64,000 bases of DNA. Source: Eledone cirrhosa (lineage: Eukaryota). The notes below the pieces were generated by a model, which saw only the letters and a list, made by a program, of their open reading frames with translations, did no database searches and was not told where the DNA came from. The first letter of the stretch is position 1. Each line of letters opens with the position of its first letter. Where the stretch lies: contig OZ024741.1 of the NCBI GenBank assembly GCA_964016885.1, positions 306,032,001 to 306,096,000 of the forward strand, given 5' to 3'. Shown in pieces: positions 37,950 to 50,241 of this stretch. A program made the position numbers and the translations under genes.

Positions 37950-38300
37950 TCTATATCTACATATAATATAAAAGATTGGAACTTCCATCATCCTTTTGAG
38001 AAACGTGGATCAACCACGTCTATGCAATGATACACGTTTTACAGTCAGGCAGAAGATGAACCATCTCCTAGAAGTCACAATTCTAGGTGGGAGCACCTAG
38101 AATTGTTCATATACTATGCACAAACGGTACAACGAAGAATCTGGTATATCCGAAAGATTTTTTTTACTGTTTTTTGTATCACACAGACACCACGGACTCA
38201 CCTCATACTGTAACCAGACAAACATTCAATAGTCATTTTCTCTTTTACCTGTCTTCTCTTATCAACCGTTTACCCGGGCGAAGCTGGGTACGTCAGCTAG
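37950..38300 (+). mobile_element. Non-autonomous Helitron of a second family (internal deletion derivative)
   Basis: A|TCtatatctac start, helicase remnants LRNVDQPRLCNDTRF and VGAP..GTTKNLVY, hairpin tacccgggcgaagctgggta, then CTAG|T. Confidence 0.85.
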
Positions 38301-38574
38301 TATATGTCTATATATGAATAGATATATTTGTGTGTGTGTGTGTCCATTAGATGTATTATTGCATTTCATGAATTACGAAGAATTTGCAAGTTACTTCACC
38401 CGGGGTGGATTAATAATAGCTTCACTAACTTCGGAAGACGATTTGTGTGTGGTGGGTATGTGTGTGTGTGTATATATATAAATATATATGTGTGTGTGTG
38501 TGTCTGCATCAGACATGATTTATATGCTATTACATTTATATATATCTAATCAATGGGCGTACAACAGTGCTTCA

Positions 38575-39252
38575 TCTAAACTATAATAAAGCAAGAAGCG
38601 CAAGATTGCGTACGGTTTATAATTTGTTATCCCCTTAGTAAAATAAGTTGGATTACTTTGAATAAATAATGAATGAATATTACATAATTTATCTACTAAA
38701 TTTCATGGCTGTTCATTAAATATATTTTATTACTTATTTAAAGATTCACTTCTTTAAAATTTTCAAATGTCAACACTTCCGGTTAGCAATCGTTAAAATA
38801 AATATTCATATATTTCTGTCACTAATTTTCTCCTAATGCAGTTTATATATAATGTCGTCTTTTTTTAATGTATCATGGATTACGTTACTGATTACATAAG
38901 AGAGTATAAAGCAGTCTTCGTTCAATTTCTGTGTATATTGTCAATTACGATTTTATTTGATCATATCTACATGCATATATACTTGCGTATAATATGGATA
39001 TACACACTACACATGCTAACAGATATATAATATCGTCTTTTTTTAATGTATCATGGATTACGTTACTGATTACATACGACAGTGTAACAATCTTCATTCA
39101 ATTTCTGTGTATATTTACGGTTTTAATTTCTGTGTATAATTACGGTTTTATTTGATGTATCATATCTACATGCATATATACTTGCGTATAATATCAGTAT
39201 ACACACTACACAAGCTAGCAGAAAACCACCCGAATGGTGGTTTTTCTGCTAG
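38575..39252 (+). mobile_element. 678-bp non-autonomous Helitron of the same family as the surrounding large element, opposite orientation
   Basis: A|TCtaaactataataaag start; terminal hairpin ctagcagaaaaccacc-cgaat-ggtggtttttctgCTAG|T; internal ~180-bp tandem duplication. Confidence 0.87.
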
Positions 39253-39837
39253 TTATATTAAATGAGTTTTAAAAAAATGAGTTAATAAATAAATAAAGAG
39301 TTAATAAATAAATAAAACGTCATACTTGTTTTACCCTCCCATTTCCAATTAGATCGAACGCTATCATGATTATGTGTGTGTTTGTGTAAATGTATATGTA
39401 TGTATGTTTGTGTGAATGTATGTGTATTTGTGTGAATTATGTCCGTGAGGGTGTATTTTTATAAGTTTGTGTTTGCCTGATTATAGTTATATACTCATAC
39501 ATATAGATGTATGTATGTGCACACTCATACGCGTTATGTGTAGAAAATCATTATCTCTCTCATCACACACTCTCTCTTTCTATATATATATATATGGTAG
39601 TTGAAGTGGTGGTGGTGGCGACGATACACCGGAAGTGCAAAAAGAAGTCAATTTTAGATTATTTATTTTTACGAAATTATTTGTTTACGAAATTTAGCAC
39701 ATAAATTATGTAATATTCATTCATCAGTTATTCAAAGTAATCCAACTTATTTTACTAACTGGGTTAAAAGAAATAAACCGTACGCAGTCCCGCAGCCCTT
39801 CCTTTATTATAGTTTAGATTATCTGTTATTTTAATAA

Positions 39838-40227
39838 GGGTAGTCGATTGGCAGTATCGTTCGAGCATCAGGCTTTGGGGATATATAGTTACGTCCCTTT
39901 ACATTCTGAGCTTTGCCTTTCATCCTTACAGAGTCGATAAAATAAAGCACCAGTAATGTACTGGGATAATTTAATCGACTTTCCTCTCCTCAAAAAATGG
40001 TTGGCCTTGTGCCTAAATCAGAAAAAAATTATCTGTTATAATTGTTTCTACTTTTGGCACAAGGCCAGCAATTAACCCAGTGTATTACTGGTACTTTATT
40101 TTATCGACCCCGAAAGGATGAAAGGCAAAGTCAACCTCGGCAGGATTTGAACTCAGATCGTAAAGGGACGTAACTATGCTTGAAAGCATGGCGTTCGACC
40201 CTCCACCGATACTGCCAATCCACCGCC
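39838..40227. mobile_element. Tail-to-tail pair of Meta-type SINEs
   Basis: + copy 39838-40028, - copy 40038-40227; attatctgttat occurs at 39818, 40028 and 40241. Confidence 0.8.
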
Positions 40228-40586
40228 ATTATTCCGGCCAATTATCTGTTATAATAGTTATCTGCATTGTAGCAACTATATTTTTAATTTTTTAATTTTA
40301 CAATGCTTTGTATGTCAACCAATTTCATTCAATTTAATACCCTTTTTTTTTTTTATTCTTTTATTGGTTCTAACCAGTGGCTTGTGGCTATGCTGAATCA
40401 CTCCACCATTTTTGTTTAATATTCATTAGTTTGTTTACTATTCTAATCATCAAAAATGTCATTCACCTACATAACTGTCCAACTGTATATAATTAGTTAT
40501 GTTTTGTTCAGACTGGACAAAAAATCCACAATTTCATAGTTGAGTGGTCAGTATTGTATTTATAGTTTAAAATATTCAATAGTGGA

Positions 40587-41070
40587 AGGCACATGGCGTA
40601 ATGGTTAAGGTGTTTGGCTCACAATTACAAGGTGTTGAGTTCAATTTCCAGTGGCACATTATGTCCTTGAGCAAGATACCTTATTTCATGTTGCTCCAGT
40701 CTACTCAGCTGGCATGGTAAAACTGAGTTGTACCTGTAATTCAGCACTGACTGTTCTGGAACACTCACTGTTAGTACTGACAGTGGTTAAGTCTGTCTCA
40801 AGCCAGGAGGATCATCAAGCTGGTGCTTATCCAGGTTTCCATGGCTTGAAACAACTGAGAGTACAAGACTTTCCCCTGGACAGGATGCCAGTCCATCGCA
40901 GAGTTAATGAGAACCAGCAATAGCTGGGGTTCATTTTCAGCGGAGCACACTGGAGCAATGTAAAATGAAGTGTTTTGCTCAAGAAGACAACACACAACCC
41001 AGCCCAAGAATTGAACCCGTGACATTATGATTGTAAGTCCAACACTCTTACCACTAGGCCACACGCCTCC
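40587..41070. mobile_element. Two CORE-type SINEs in opposite orientation
   Basis: + head 40587-40745 (ccttgagcaagatacc), - copy 40795-41070. Confidence 0.7.
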
Positions 41071-41747
41071 ACAGTGGTTAACACCCATTTTATAGAAAAA
41101 TGTGTGTTAACCCTTTCATGACCATATTTCTAATGAAATACATCATCATCATCATCATCATCATTATTTAATGTCCATCTTCCCTGCTAGCAAGGGTTTG
41201 GCAGGTCTTCACAGACTGAGCCAGTACTCACGCAGAGCTACTGACCTCTCAGATGAGCTGGGAGCCTACATCTTACTTATATACATTCCTACACTCTTTC
41301 AAGTGCATTTTATCATGAGGGAGGTTGTCATATGTTTGATATATCTAAAGAGTTTTCCTGAAATCTTTGTTTGGCAGGCTTTCTACTGCTGGATGCCCAA
41401 TGAAGAATTTTTAAGGGTTTACTAAAATTATTTATTTCATTGAAATGAAACAAATTACATTCACAGCTCACATATACACAAGTTTAGCTGGTCTCCTATG
41501 ATATTGCATCTCATAGGATATCATTTCATTACTAAGACAGTAACTTAACATAATTCTTATATAAAATTGTTGGAAGATTATAATTTAAATATTTTTTTCC
41601 AATCCCATGCTGTAACAAATTTCTGTGGAAAGGAAATGTTTGAGAGAGAGCAGGGGAAGAGAGGAATTACTTATAGGAAAAATATTGGTTAATTATTCTA
41701 GTTAAACCATAGAATATCCATGGGGTTTGTTATTTTTTCTAAAGGGG

Positions 41748-41968
41748 AAATGGATTGTCAGTATCGGTAAAGTGTCGGACAACATGCTTTGTGGCATTGA
41801 GTTACAGCCTTTTACGTTTTGATTTTAAATCCTGCCGAGGTTAACTTTGCCTTTCATCCTTACGGGGTCGATAAAATAAAGTACCAGTAATGCACTGGGG
41901 TCGATTTAATCTACTTTCCCTCTCCCCTTCAAATTGATGGTCTTGTGCCTAAAGTAGAAACAATTATT
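41748..41968 (+). mobile_element. Meta-type tRNA SINE
   Basis: gcctttcatccttacggggtcgataaaataaagtaccag domain and tail. Confidence 0.78.
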
Positions 41969-42139
41969 AAAGGGGAAATTGAAAGTGTTGAAAATAAATA
42001 TCATTGATAAAAAAAAGTATAGAGTCTTTCTAAAGAGTTGCATTATATTAAAACAGTAGAGTATAGACTTTCTATTATTTGATGATGGATTATGCATCAG
42101 TTTCATCGATGAGTGTTCAGCTGTACGATCAACTAAACA

Positions 42140-42972
42140 TCATCATCATCGTTTTTATGTGCTTGCATGGATTGGATGGGTCCTTCTCAACCCAGCATCT
42201 CTCCACTTGTGATCCTTTGTGAGTCTCAATGATTTGAGGTCAGCTCTTACCACCTCTGTTCAGGTCTTTCTTGGTCTACCTCTACTGCGGCTTCCATCCA
42301 CTGGCATTTTATGGCCCTTCTTCACCTATCGATCATCATTCATGCACATCACATGTCTGTACCAACACAGTCTTCTCTCCAGCTCATCACCTTGGATTCC
42401 TCTTAAATCCAGCTTCTCGCTTAATTCATCAAAGCTCTGCCTTTCTCTCACATTTATGGTGCACATCCAGCAAAGCACGGCTGCTTCATTTCTCTCTAGT
42501 CTACACGTCTTCTGCAACCACTGCCCATGTTTCACTACCATGCAGCATCGCACTTTGCACACAGGCCTCATACAGTCATCCTTTTGTATGTATGGAGAAA
42601 CCATTTATGGTCAACAGTGGGTGTAGTTCTCTTAACTTTTTCCAACCAATCCTTATTCTAGCCATTATGCTCTCAGAGTACCCTCCTCCTTTTCTAATTA
42701 AGTCACCAAGATAGAAAAAGCTATCAGCCACTTCTATGGGTCCTTCTTGTGATTGGAATAGGTTTACATTACTAGCACTCTTCCCCTCGGTTACCCCAGT
42801 GCATCTTCTACAAACAAAGTTTCCCTTCCTGTTAGTCTATCCATTATTCCACTACATTTCTTGTCTACCCAAGATTTACATTGTGTACTTGTATGGAGTT
42901 TATGCCTACTCCCTTTCTACATATTGAGCAGGGCCGCTTCCCCGAGGGAATCTTCTCTCCTACTCACTAGCA
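42140..42972 (-). mobile_element. Decayed RTE 3' fragment
   Basis: RLERNEAAVLCWMC..RERQS..RRLCWY.HV in the minus frame; (GAT)n tail. Confidence 0.8.
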
Positions 42973-45729
42973 CAGTTGTGTCAAATCAACTCTGTGATGG
43001 GGTTTTCAGCATAGCTGGCTACAACTTGTTTCGCAAAGACCGCATTAATCGTCGTTGTGGTGGTGTGATGGTCTACATTCGTTCAAACTTTTCAGCAATT
43101 CCTTGTGTTGATTTGAACCAATCACAACAAGAAATATTTTTTGTGATATATGTGTGACCATGTCAGCACTTTTACTTAGAGTTGTTTACCACCCCCCCAA
43201 AATACCATCAGGACGCACAGCTTTGTGATATCCTCAGAGCTGTTTCCAGGAAAACAGCCACTTATGCTTTTATTGCAGGGGACTTCAATCACCCTGAGAT
43301 TGATTGGGAAACCTTTCATTGGCCTCAAAGTGCAAATGATTTCCTTGAGCTAGTGCTGGACTTGAGCTGGTCCCAGATAGTCACCTCCTCAACAAGAGGT
43401 GACTACACTTTGGATCTACTCTTTACCACTGCTCCTGAAACGGTTATTAATGTTACTACTGAGGAACCTTTAGGTGTCTCTGATCATGCTATGATCATTG
43501 CCAATCTGTTTCTCATGGGCAGTAACAAAAACCACATCATCTCTTGGAATAAAGCAGACTGGAACTGTTACTGCACTGAGCTACAATACCCAAACTGGCT
43601 TGAATTTTACAACTCTGGAGATGTGAACACTATACTTCTGAACATCCTGAACTCAATATGGACAGCATGTGCAGCATCAGTGCCACGTAAGCACAAAAAA
43701 CATCCCAAAAATGCAATTTGGGAGACTGCAGCAGTCTGATTTGCCAGGAAAGAACATCATAATGCTGAACGTGAATACAAACTTCATAATCAGATATCAA
43801 TAGAAAAAAGTGCAATAAATCATCTAACCATCTCAAGCAGATGACAAAAAAGGGTAGTGCTTGAATTTGAACAGCACATAGCAACCAGCACTGACAGTAA
43901 GGTGTTCTGGAAATATGTACATTCAAAGCAGAGGCCTCACTCTCTAGTTCGTCCTCTTCGCAATCCCCATACAAGCCAGATTACTGACGATCCCAAACAA
44001 TGCGCAGAACTCATTGCTGAATGTTATGCAGGCCTTTTTATTGTTGAAAACCAAAACGTACCATTTCCACCACCTCTGACATCAAATTCTATAACAACTA
44101 TGGAATTTACACCTGCAGTGCTGCAACGTCACCTTAAGAATAAACGCAACCATGCCTTTCCTGGTCTTGATGGTGTTATGTACCTGCTTCTCAAACATGG
44201 TGGATACTTCCTTCTGCACCAGCTTTCACTCTTCTTTCAATTCTGTTTTAACAACGGTACTACTTCGGAGCAGTGGAAAACTGCCAGTGTCATTCCTCTG
44301 TTCAAAAAGGGTGACTGCACGTCGCCTGTCAACTATCGTCCAGTCAATCTTACTAGCTGCATTGCCAAACTGATGGAATCTTATGTCAGAGAAACACTTT
44401 AGAACTTCTGGAATTCTCAGTCTTATCCAGCTCTTGCAATTTGGATTTATCCCTAACTCCAGCTGCTGTGATCAACTTATCGAGTTTCTTGAAGTCATCA
44501 CCCGGATCACTGATGGCGGCTCATGGGTGGATGTTGTTTACCTTGACTTTGCTAAAGCTTTCAATTCTGTGCCACACAAAAGACTTATGGCAAAACTCTC
44601 TGCAATGGGTGTGAAGGATGATCTTTTTAACTGGTTGAAGTCCTTCATTCTCAGTCGAAGAGATCTGTACCACAGGGATCTGTTCTTGGTCCCCTTTTGT
44701 TTGTTGCATATATTAATGATATAGATGCCAACTTAAAGAATGCTACAGTACTGAAATATGCAGATGACATCAAGCTGTACCTTGAGATAAAAAGGACTGA
44801 ACCTGAAATCTATAGATCTTTCCTGCAATCAGACCTGGACACAATGCAGCAATGGATCACGGACTGGCAACTCAAGCTGGCTGTGGACAAGTGCACCACC
44901 ATGCATTTTGAGAGGAAAAACCCAGCGTCCTCATACTCCCTCCACAACATTAATATCAAGTAGTCTTTATGTGAACGTGACCTGGGCATTACTGTCAGCA
45001 TCGATTTGCGTTGGGCAAAGCACATCTCTAAAATTGTCAAGAAGGCCGAGAGTGTCTTAGCATCACTCAGGAAGACCTTTGTCAGCTGCTCTCCAGCTAT
45101 CTATTTAAAGCTGTACATAGCTATGGTGCGGCCACACTTAGAATTTGCATCACCAGTCTGGAACCCCTATCTTGCTCAGAACATTGACCGCCTGAAACTG
45201 TTCAGAGACGTGCAACCAAGCAAATACCCTCCATCAGGAATCTACCATACTCTGAATGCTTTGTTTCCCTGGGCATGGATACATTGAAGCTCTGATATCT
45301 GGCAACTGACTTGGTAAACACCCACAAAATTATTAACCATCTTGCCAACAACAACCCTGAGCACCTTTTTGAATTTCATGTGTCTAACACACGTGGGCAT
45401 GCCTATGAAGTCAGAAATCAGCACAGCTCCCATGACTTTCGGAAACATTTTTTTCACGCTCAGAGTTGCTGAAGCATGGAACAAACTACCTGCATCTGTT
45501 GTTAGCTGCCGAGACACTGCATCCTTTAAAAAACTCCATGCTTCCTGAAATTCGCCAACACTACACCCAATATCCCCGCTTCATACACACGCACACATGT
45601 ATATCATGACTCATACACTGTTCACTTTCCTGACATTTGTACATTATTCTATGTATACATGCACCTTTGATGAGTTGTAGTGCACCTGAGCTCTGTACAC
45701 AATAATTTCATTATTATCATTATTATTAT
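42973..45729 (+). mobile_element. CR1-clade LINE, ORF2 (APE + RT) broken by stops/frameshifts, 3' UTR with (ATT)n tail
   Basis: GYNLFRKDR, AGDFNHPEIDW, TRGDYTLDLLFT, LGVSDH, NYRPVNLTS, YLDFAKAF.SVPH, KYADDIKL, VRPHLEFASPVWNP, FFTLRVAEAWNKLP. Confidence 0.93.
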
Positions 45730-46119
45730 ATTCCACAGATACATGTACCCCCTTAACATAATTTCAAAGCCAAATCAGTATGACACAATATGTGATAAAG
45801 GCTGGACTTTTGAATTACAAGTACAATCCACCCAACAGCTTACACATGGTTTCTGTCAACCTAATTTCACTCCTCACTAGGCTTCGGTTGACCCAAGGCT
45901 GTGCTAGAAACACTTGCTGGAGATACCACACTATGAAATTGAACCCAGAATCTCATGATTGAGGAAGAAGAAGGAGAAGGAGGAGGAGGAGGAGGAGAAG
46001 AAGATATACATCATACCCCAGTGATATATGCCTGGACATAAATATCATTTGAATTTATATTCTTATGATTTAAAAGTACAAGAATTTTTAACCCTTTCAT
46101 TACTATGAGTTGAGAGGGA

Positions 46120-46418
46120 AACTATATAAGAGGAATAAACTGTAGTGTGCAGGAGAGAAGACTGCATTGCTATGACCATGTGATGCACATGGAAGATGAC
46201 CGCTGGGTGAAGAAATACCAAGAAATCCCGGTGGAAGGAAGACGCAGTAGAGGAAGACGATGAAAAACATGGGCGGAGATGGTGAGAGCTGACCTCAGAT
46301 CGCTGAAACTCCCAGAGGAGATGATGAAGAACCACGATGAATGGAGAGATGCTGTGCTGAAGAGGACCTGTCCCACCCTTGCAAGCAGGGAAAAACGGGT
46401 TTAAAATGATGATGATGA
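46120..46418 (+). mobile_element. RTE 3' fragment of the 58685-62000 family
   Basis: Matches the reverse complement of 58685-58980. Confidence 0.8.
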
Positions 46419-46963
46419 ATTGGATTTAAAAAAATAACTAACCACATTAATTAAGCTGGAATTTAAGTAAAAGCTGAACAAAGATAGTCTTTTTTCTTTG
46501 TTATGAACTCTGTCACCATAGAATTGGGGTTGTTTTGGCCAATTATCAATAGGTTAATCTATTGCTGGATTGAGCATATCTCCTACATGTGAATTCAAGT
46601 AAAAGATCCAGCTTTCTCTAAACAAATTCTGAGGGTCCATAATAAAATAAGTATTGTTTTTTTCATAATCATCATTTAACATCTGTATCTTAGTGGTTAT
46701 AGTGTTGGGCTTACAATTGCAGTGTTAAGGGTTTGATTCTAGGGCCAGGTACTATGTAGTGTTTGTTCTTCTACAAAACACTTCATTTCTTCACAAGCCA
46801 AATCGGTATTCAGGAGTTACTGACCTCCCAAATGAGCCAGGGACCACATCCTGCTTACGTGCATTCTATCGAGTGCACTTGATACACTTTTATGGTGGCA
46901 TCATCACCAGGGGAGTTATGTTTTTGATACAACTGCCTTTGTTTGGCAGGTTTTCTACACCTG

Positions 46964-47235
46964 CTCTCGGATCCTAAATAATACGAGGGAAAGGGGTGAA
47001 TAAGCGTAGCGTGGGGTGGAAAATTGATAACTTTTCTAGATTGTCTCCCTTGGTTTTTTTTAAAGACAGAATTAATCGTTTAGTTTACATATTGAGCCCC
47101 CAACACATCCTATTTATTTTATATCGTATGAGATTTCTTGTAATGTTCTTTTTGGGGTAACGTATGTTTTTCAATTTTGTCGGAGATAGATTAGCAAAAT
47201 TTAATAAGCGGGGACGATTATTCGAGACCCGAGAG
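46964..47235. mobile_element. TIR MITE (probably Tc1/mariner type) inside a SINE tail
   Basis: ctctcggatcctaaataat / attattcgagacccgagag imperfect TIR. Confidence 0.7.
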
Positions 47236-48200
47236 ATGCCCTTCCTACCACCAACCACTTTACAGAGTATACTGAAAGCGTTTTATCGTGCAACCAACAT
47301 CAGCTTATCGTGCCCTTAACACGACTGTAAAGTCCTCTCATTTCTTCTTTACATAGTTTCTACACCTGGGTGCCCTTCTTATCACCAACCACCTTACAGA
47401 ATATACTGAGTGCATTTAACACACCTGTCAACTCTCCCCATCAGACGGGGATATCTTCCACCCACTTTGGAGTGGGTGAGAGATGTCTTCTCTCGTGAAA
47501 ATGGGTATAGCTTTCATTATGTAAAATCTCCCTATTTTGCCTCATTTCTCCCCGTTTGGGGGCACTTTTTTATGGTACTCTCCGTTTGGGTTTTTAGAGG
47601 TTGGCAAGTCTGGTTATATAAACAAATTATCTCTTTAAAATAATGTTTGTTTTATTCAATGTATTGTTAAAATTTGGGCGGTAGGCTCTTCTTGCAATCT
47701 GTTCATGTTTAATGGTGGTGAGGTGCAGTGATGTTTTAGTTCCATACACATACAATTGACAAAGTAAATAAACAATAGCAAAAAATATTAATCATATCTT
47801 TGATTGATTTGGTTTTGGCGATCAAATCTCGATTTGATGAACTACTACGGAACAAAATCATGAACACACACACGTCATGAGTATGTGTTTGTATGCATGT
47901 ATCTATACGTGTGATATGAAAAACATTTAACAAAATATTATTATTGTGTTCCTAAAATAATGTTTCATATAACTAACTACTCCTAACTGTAACAAGTGAG
48001 TCTCTTCTGTTTGGTTTGCTAGAAATAGAAACCAAATCTCTCCCAAGTTTTAAAAAGAAAGGATTCGCTGGATAATGTAGCTTTAGCTATAAAATATATG
48101 GCTGAAAAAAGAAAAAAGACGGTTACAAAAATAACTATTATTATTACTACTATGGCTACTACTACAACATTTCAACAAGTACAACAGTTCAGTATAATAC

Positions 48201-48249
48201 CTGCAATTTTCACTCCTAATATTCCACATCCTAAAACAGCAACTTTCAT
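48201..48249 (-). CDS. First coding exon of 3HCDH-like gene: MKVAVLGCGILGVKIA(G)
   Basis: accATG context, Rossmann GxGxxG, donor gcag|GTatta, phase 1 matches exon 2 36.7 kb away; an upstream acceptor aagcAG at 48281-82 suggests a 5'-UTR exon. Confidence 0.87.
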
Positions 48250-48699
48250 GGTAATGCCGCATAAAGAAAATTGTATATGCCTGCTTATGGTTTTAGGAAA
48301 GTTTTTTGTTTGTTTATTGATTTCGTTTTAATAACCAACACAGTTAATAAACATTTTTGTGCTATTTTTAAATTCTTTTTTTTTTTGTCAACAAGAACGA
48401 CTACAATACCAAAAATGACAACAAAATATTCACAATTATACCTAAATAAAAACAAATCAATACATTGGTATACCCATTACATTTAACAACCAAACATTAA
48501 GTCAAATTGTAGCTTTCCCTATTGATTACATTGCTTTTTGTTTTTCGTTTTTTTAATGTATATAATTGTAATAAAAATGTATAAAAGTTGTTTCTTTTGT
48601 TTTAATATAAATATATAATCGAAGTTTATAAATACAAATATCGATTCAAATTAGTTTGAAAAACGAAAACAAAAAAAGTATATATATATTGGTTGATAT

Positions 48700-49400
48700 G
48701 TCAGATGATATAATGGCCTGCCGTTGCTAGGAAGTGAATTTGTTTGGTAACATTGTTTACAATATAAAAATAATCAAGCAGAGCTAGCACCTAAAAATAA
48801 CACCCTGTTTACCAAAATAAGTTCGATATATTTATTGGGGATGAGGTTAATCAACTATTCTGACTCCTTCACAATTTTTTTGCGTTTTACGTCAATGTGA
48901 CAAAACTTTATTTCTAATATAATATGTCTGAAAGTTAGGTAGGATGGTCATATCTAAAACGCCTTTTATAATAGGTCTGCTCAATGAAGGACAACTTTAT
49001 TGACCGGCAGACAAGAGAAAATGTGTGAGAGAGAGAGAGAAATAGATAAACAAAAAGGAGAGTGACAGAGATATCTATTTACTCAATCAAACCGGTGTAA
49101 GTTTGTGAGTGTCATGTCAATCGGTCGGTTGCATTCAGTTGCTATGGTAGCACCGCCGAGAAGCTTCCACGCTACCAAGACTAAAACTGAAAGTTTTTTT
49201 TTGTGAAACAGCCTTAAATATAAGTATATATATATATATATAAATTTGAAAAAGTGTTCCGTGTAGCTGACACCATACAAAATTAATAAAAACAAAAGTT
49301 GGGCGAAGACAATGTAAGCACAGGACAGTCCCTTCTCATCGGTCGACCGCTGTTGATTTGTTGTTTCCGTATAGCTACAGGTGTGTGTGTAATATGTATG
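48700..49400. promoter_or_regulatory. Putative bidirectional promoter with RFX X-box-like motifs
   Basis: TE-poor, locally CpG-richer region between divergent genes; GTTGCTATGGTAGC at 49138-49151 and GTTGCTAGGAAG at 48723-48734. Confidence 0.5.
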
Positions 49401-50241
49401 AATAAGAGCGAGAGAGGAGGGATAGGGGTGGATTATTTCGAATCAATAAAAACACAACACGGTGTTGCGAAGCATGTGAGTAAAGTGCTTTCTGCAGACT
49501 TTAAAGCATATTTGATTGATTATTATTTTTTTATATTTTAATAGTTAATAGTTATTTTTATTTGTACGGCAATTGATTTGTCCATTATATTTTATCGTTG
49601 CTATATACCCCCTCTCCCACCCGATTCTTTTTGTTTATTAACAAAATGATGAACGTTCGTTGAATGTGTGCACTTGTTATTCAACAGGCACGTAATATAT
49701 TCATACATATTTATACATGTATATCAGCATGTATATATATCCATATATGCATCTTATGTTTACGTATATTTATAAACATATTAACACATATAAATATATA
49801 ATAATACATTGAAAGGCACTTACATATATAAATATGCAAACACACATGCACAATTATAGACCAGCACATCTTATTAATGACAAAATGAAAGAAAAAATGA
49901 CAGTGAAATTAAAGTTTTGCCCATAGAACTTGAAAAATATGGTTAAAATATTTTGATATTTAGAATTGAATAATTAAAACACGGTCTTCTTGGCAATGTA
50001 TAATTAACAATTATTGAAATTTTTATTTCTCTAAAATATACTCATCTTTTTCCATTTCTCCGAGGGTTATAAACCCCACTATCAGGCTAGCAATTTTTTT
50101 AGTCTAAAATACGGTGAAAGCTTATAATTTCTAATTAAAACATTTCCCTGTGTACTTTAAGAGCGTGTTGGCCGTTTTTATGTTTTGCACACACAATTTA
50201 AGGAGTACCTAAGCAAAAGTAAAATAAAAACCTGTCTCTAA

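Larger units (their letters stand above)
32526..39818 (-). mobile_element. Decayed Helitron with putative termini A|TC (39818) ... hairpin-CTAG|T (32526), with nested insertions
   Basis: RepHel fragments at 33055-36106; both termini are homologous to the termini of the mini-Helitron at 38575-39252; assigning the 39818 end to this copy is inference. Confidence 0.7.

Noticed and set aside
47435-47506. Hairpin cccat..cacccact ttgg agtgggtg..gaaa atggg as a possible hammerhead
   Set aside because: Core reads CAGACGG and no stem III or UH triplet is present; too degenerate to call
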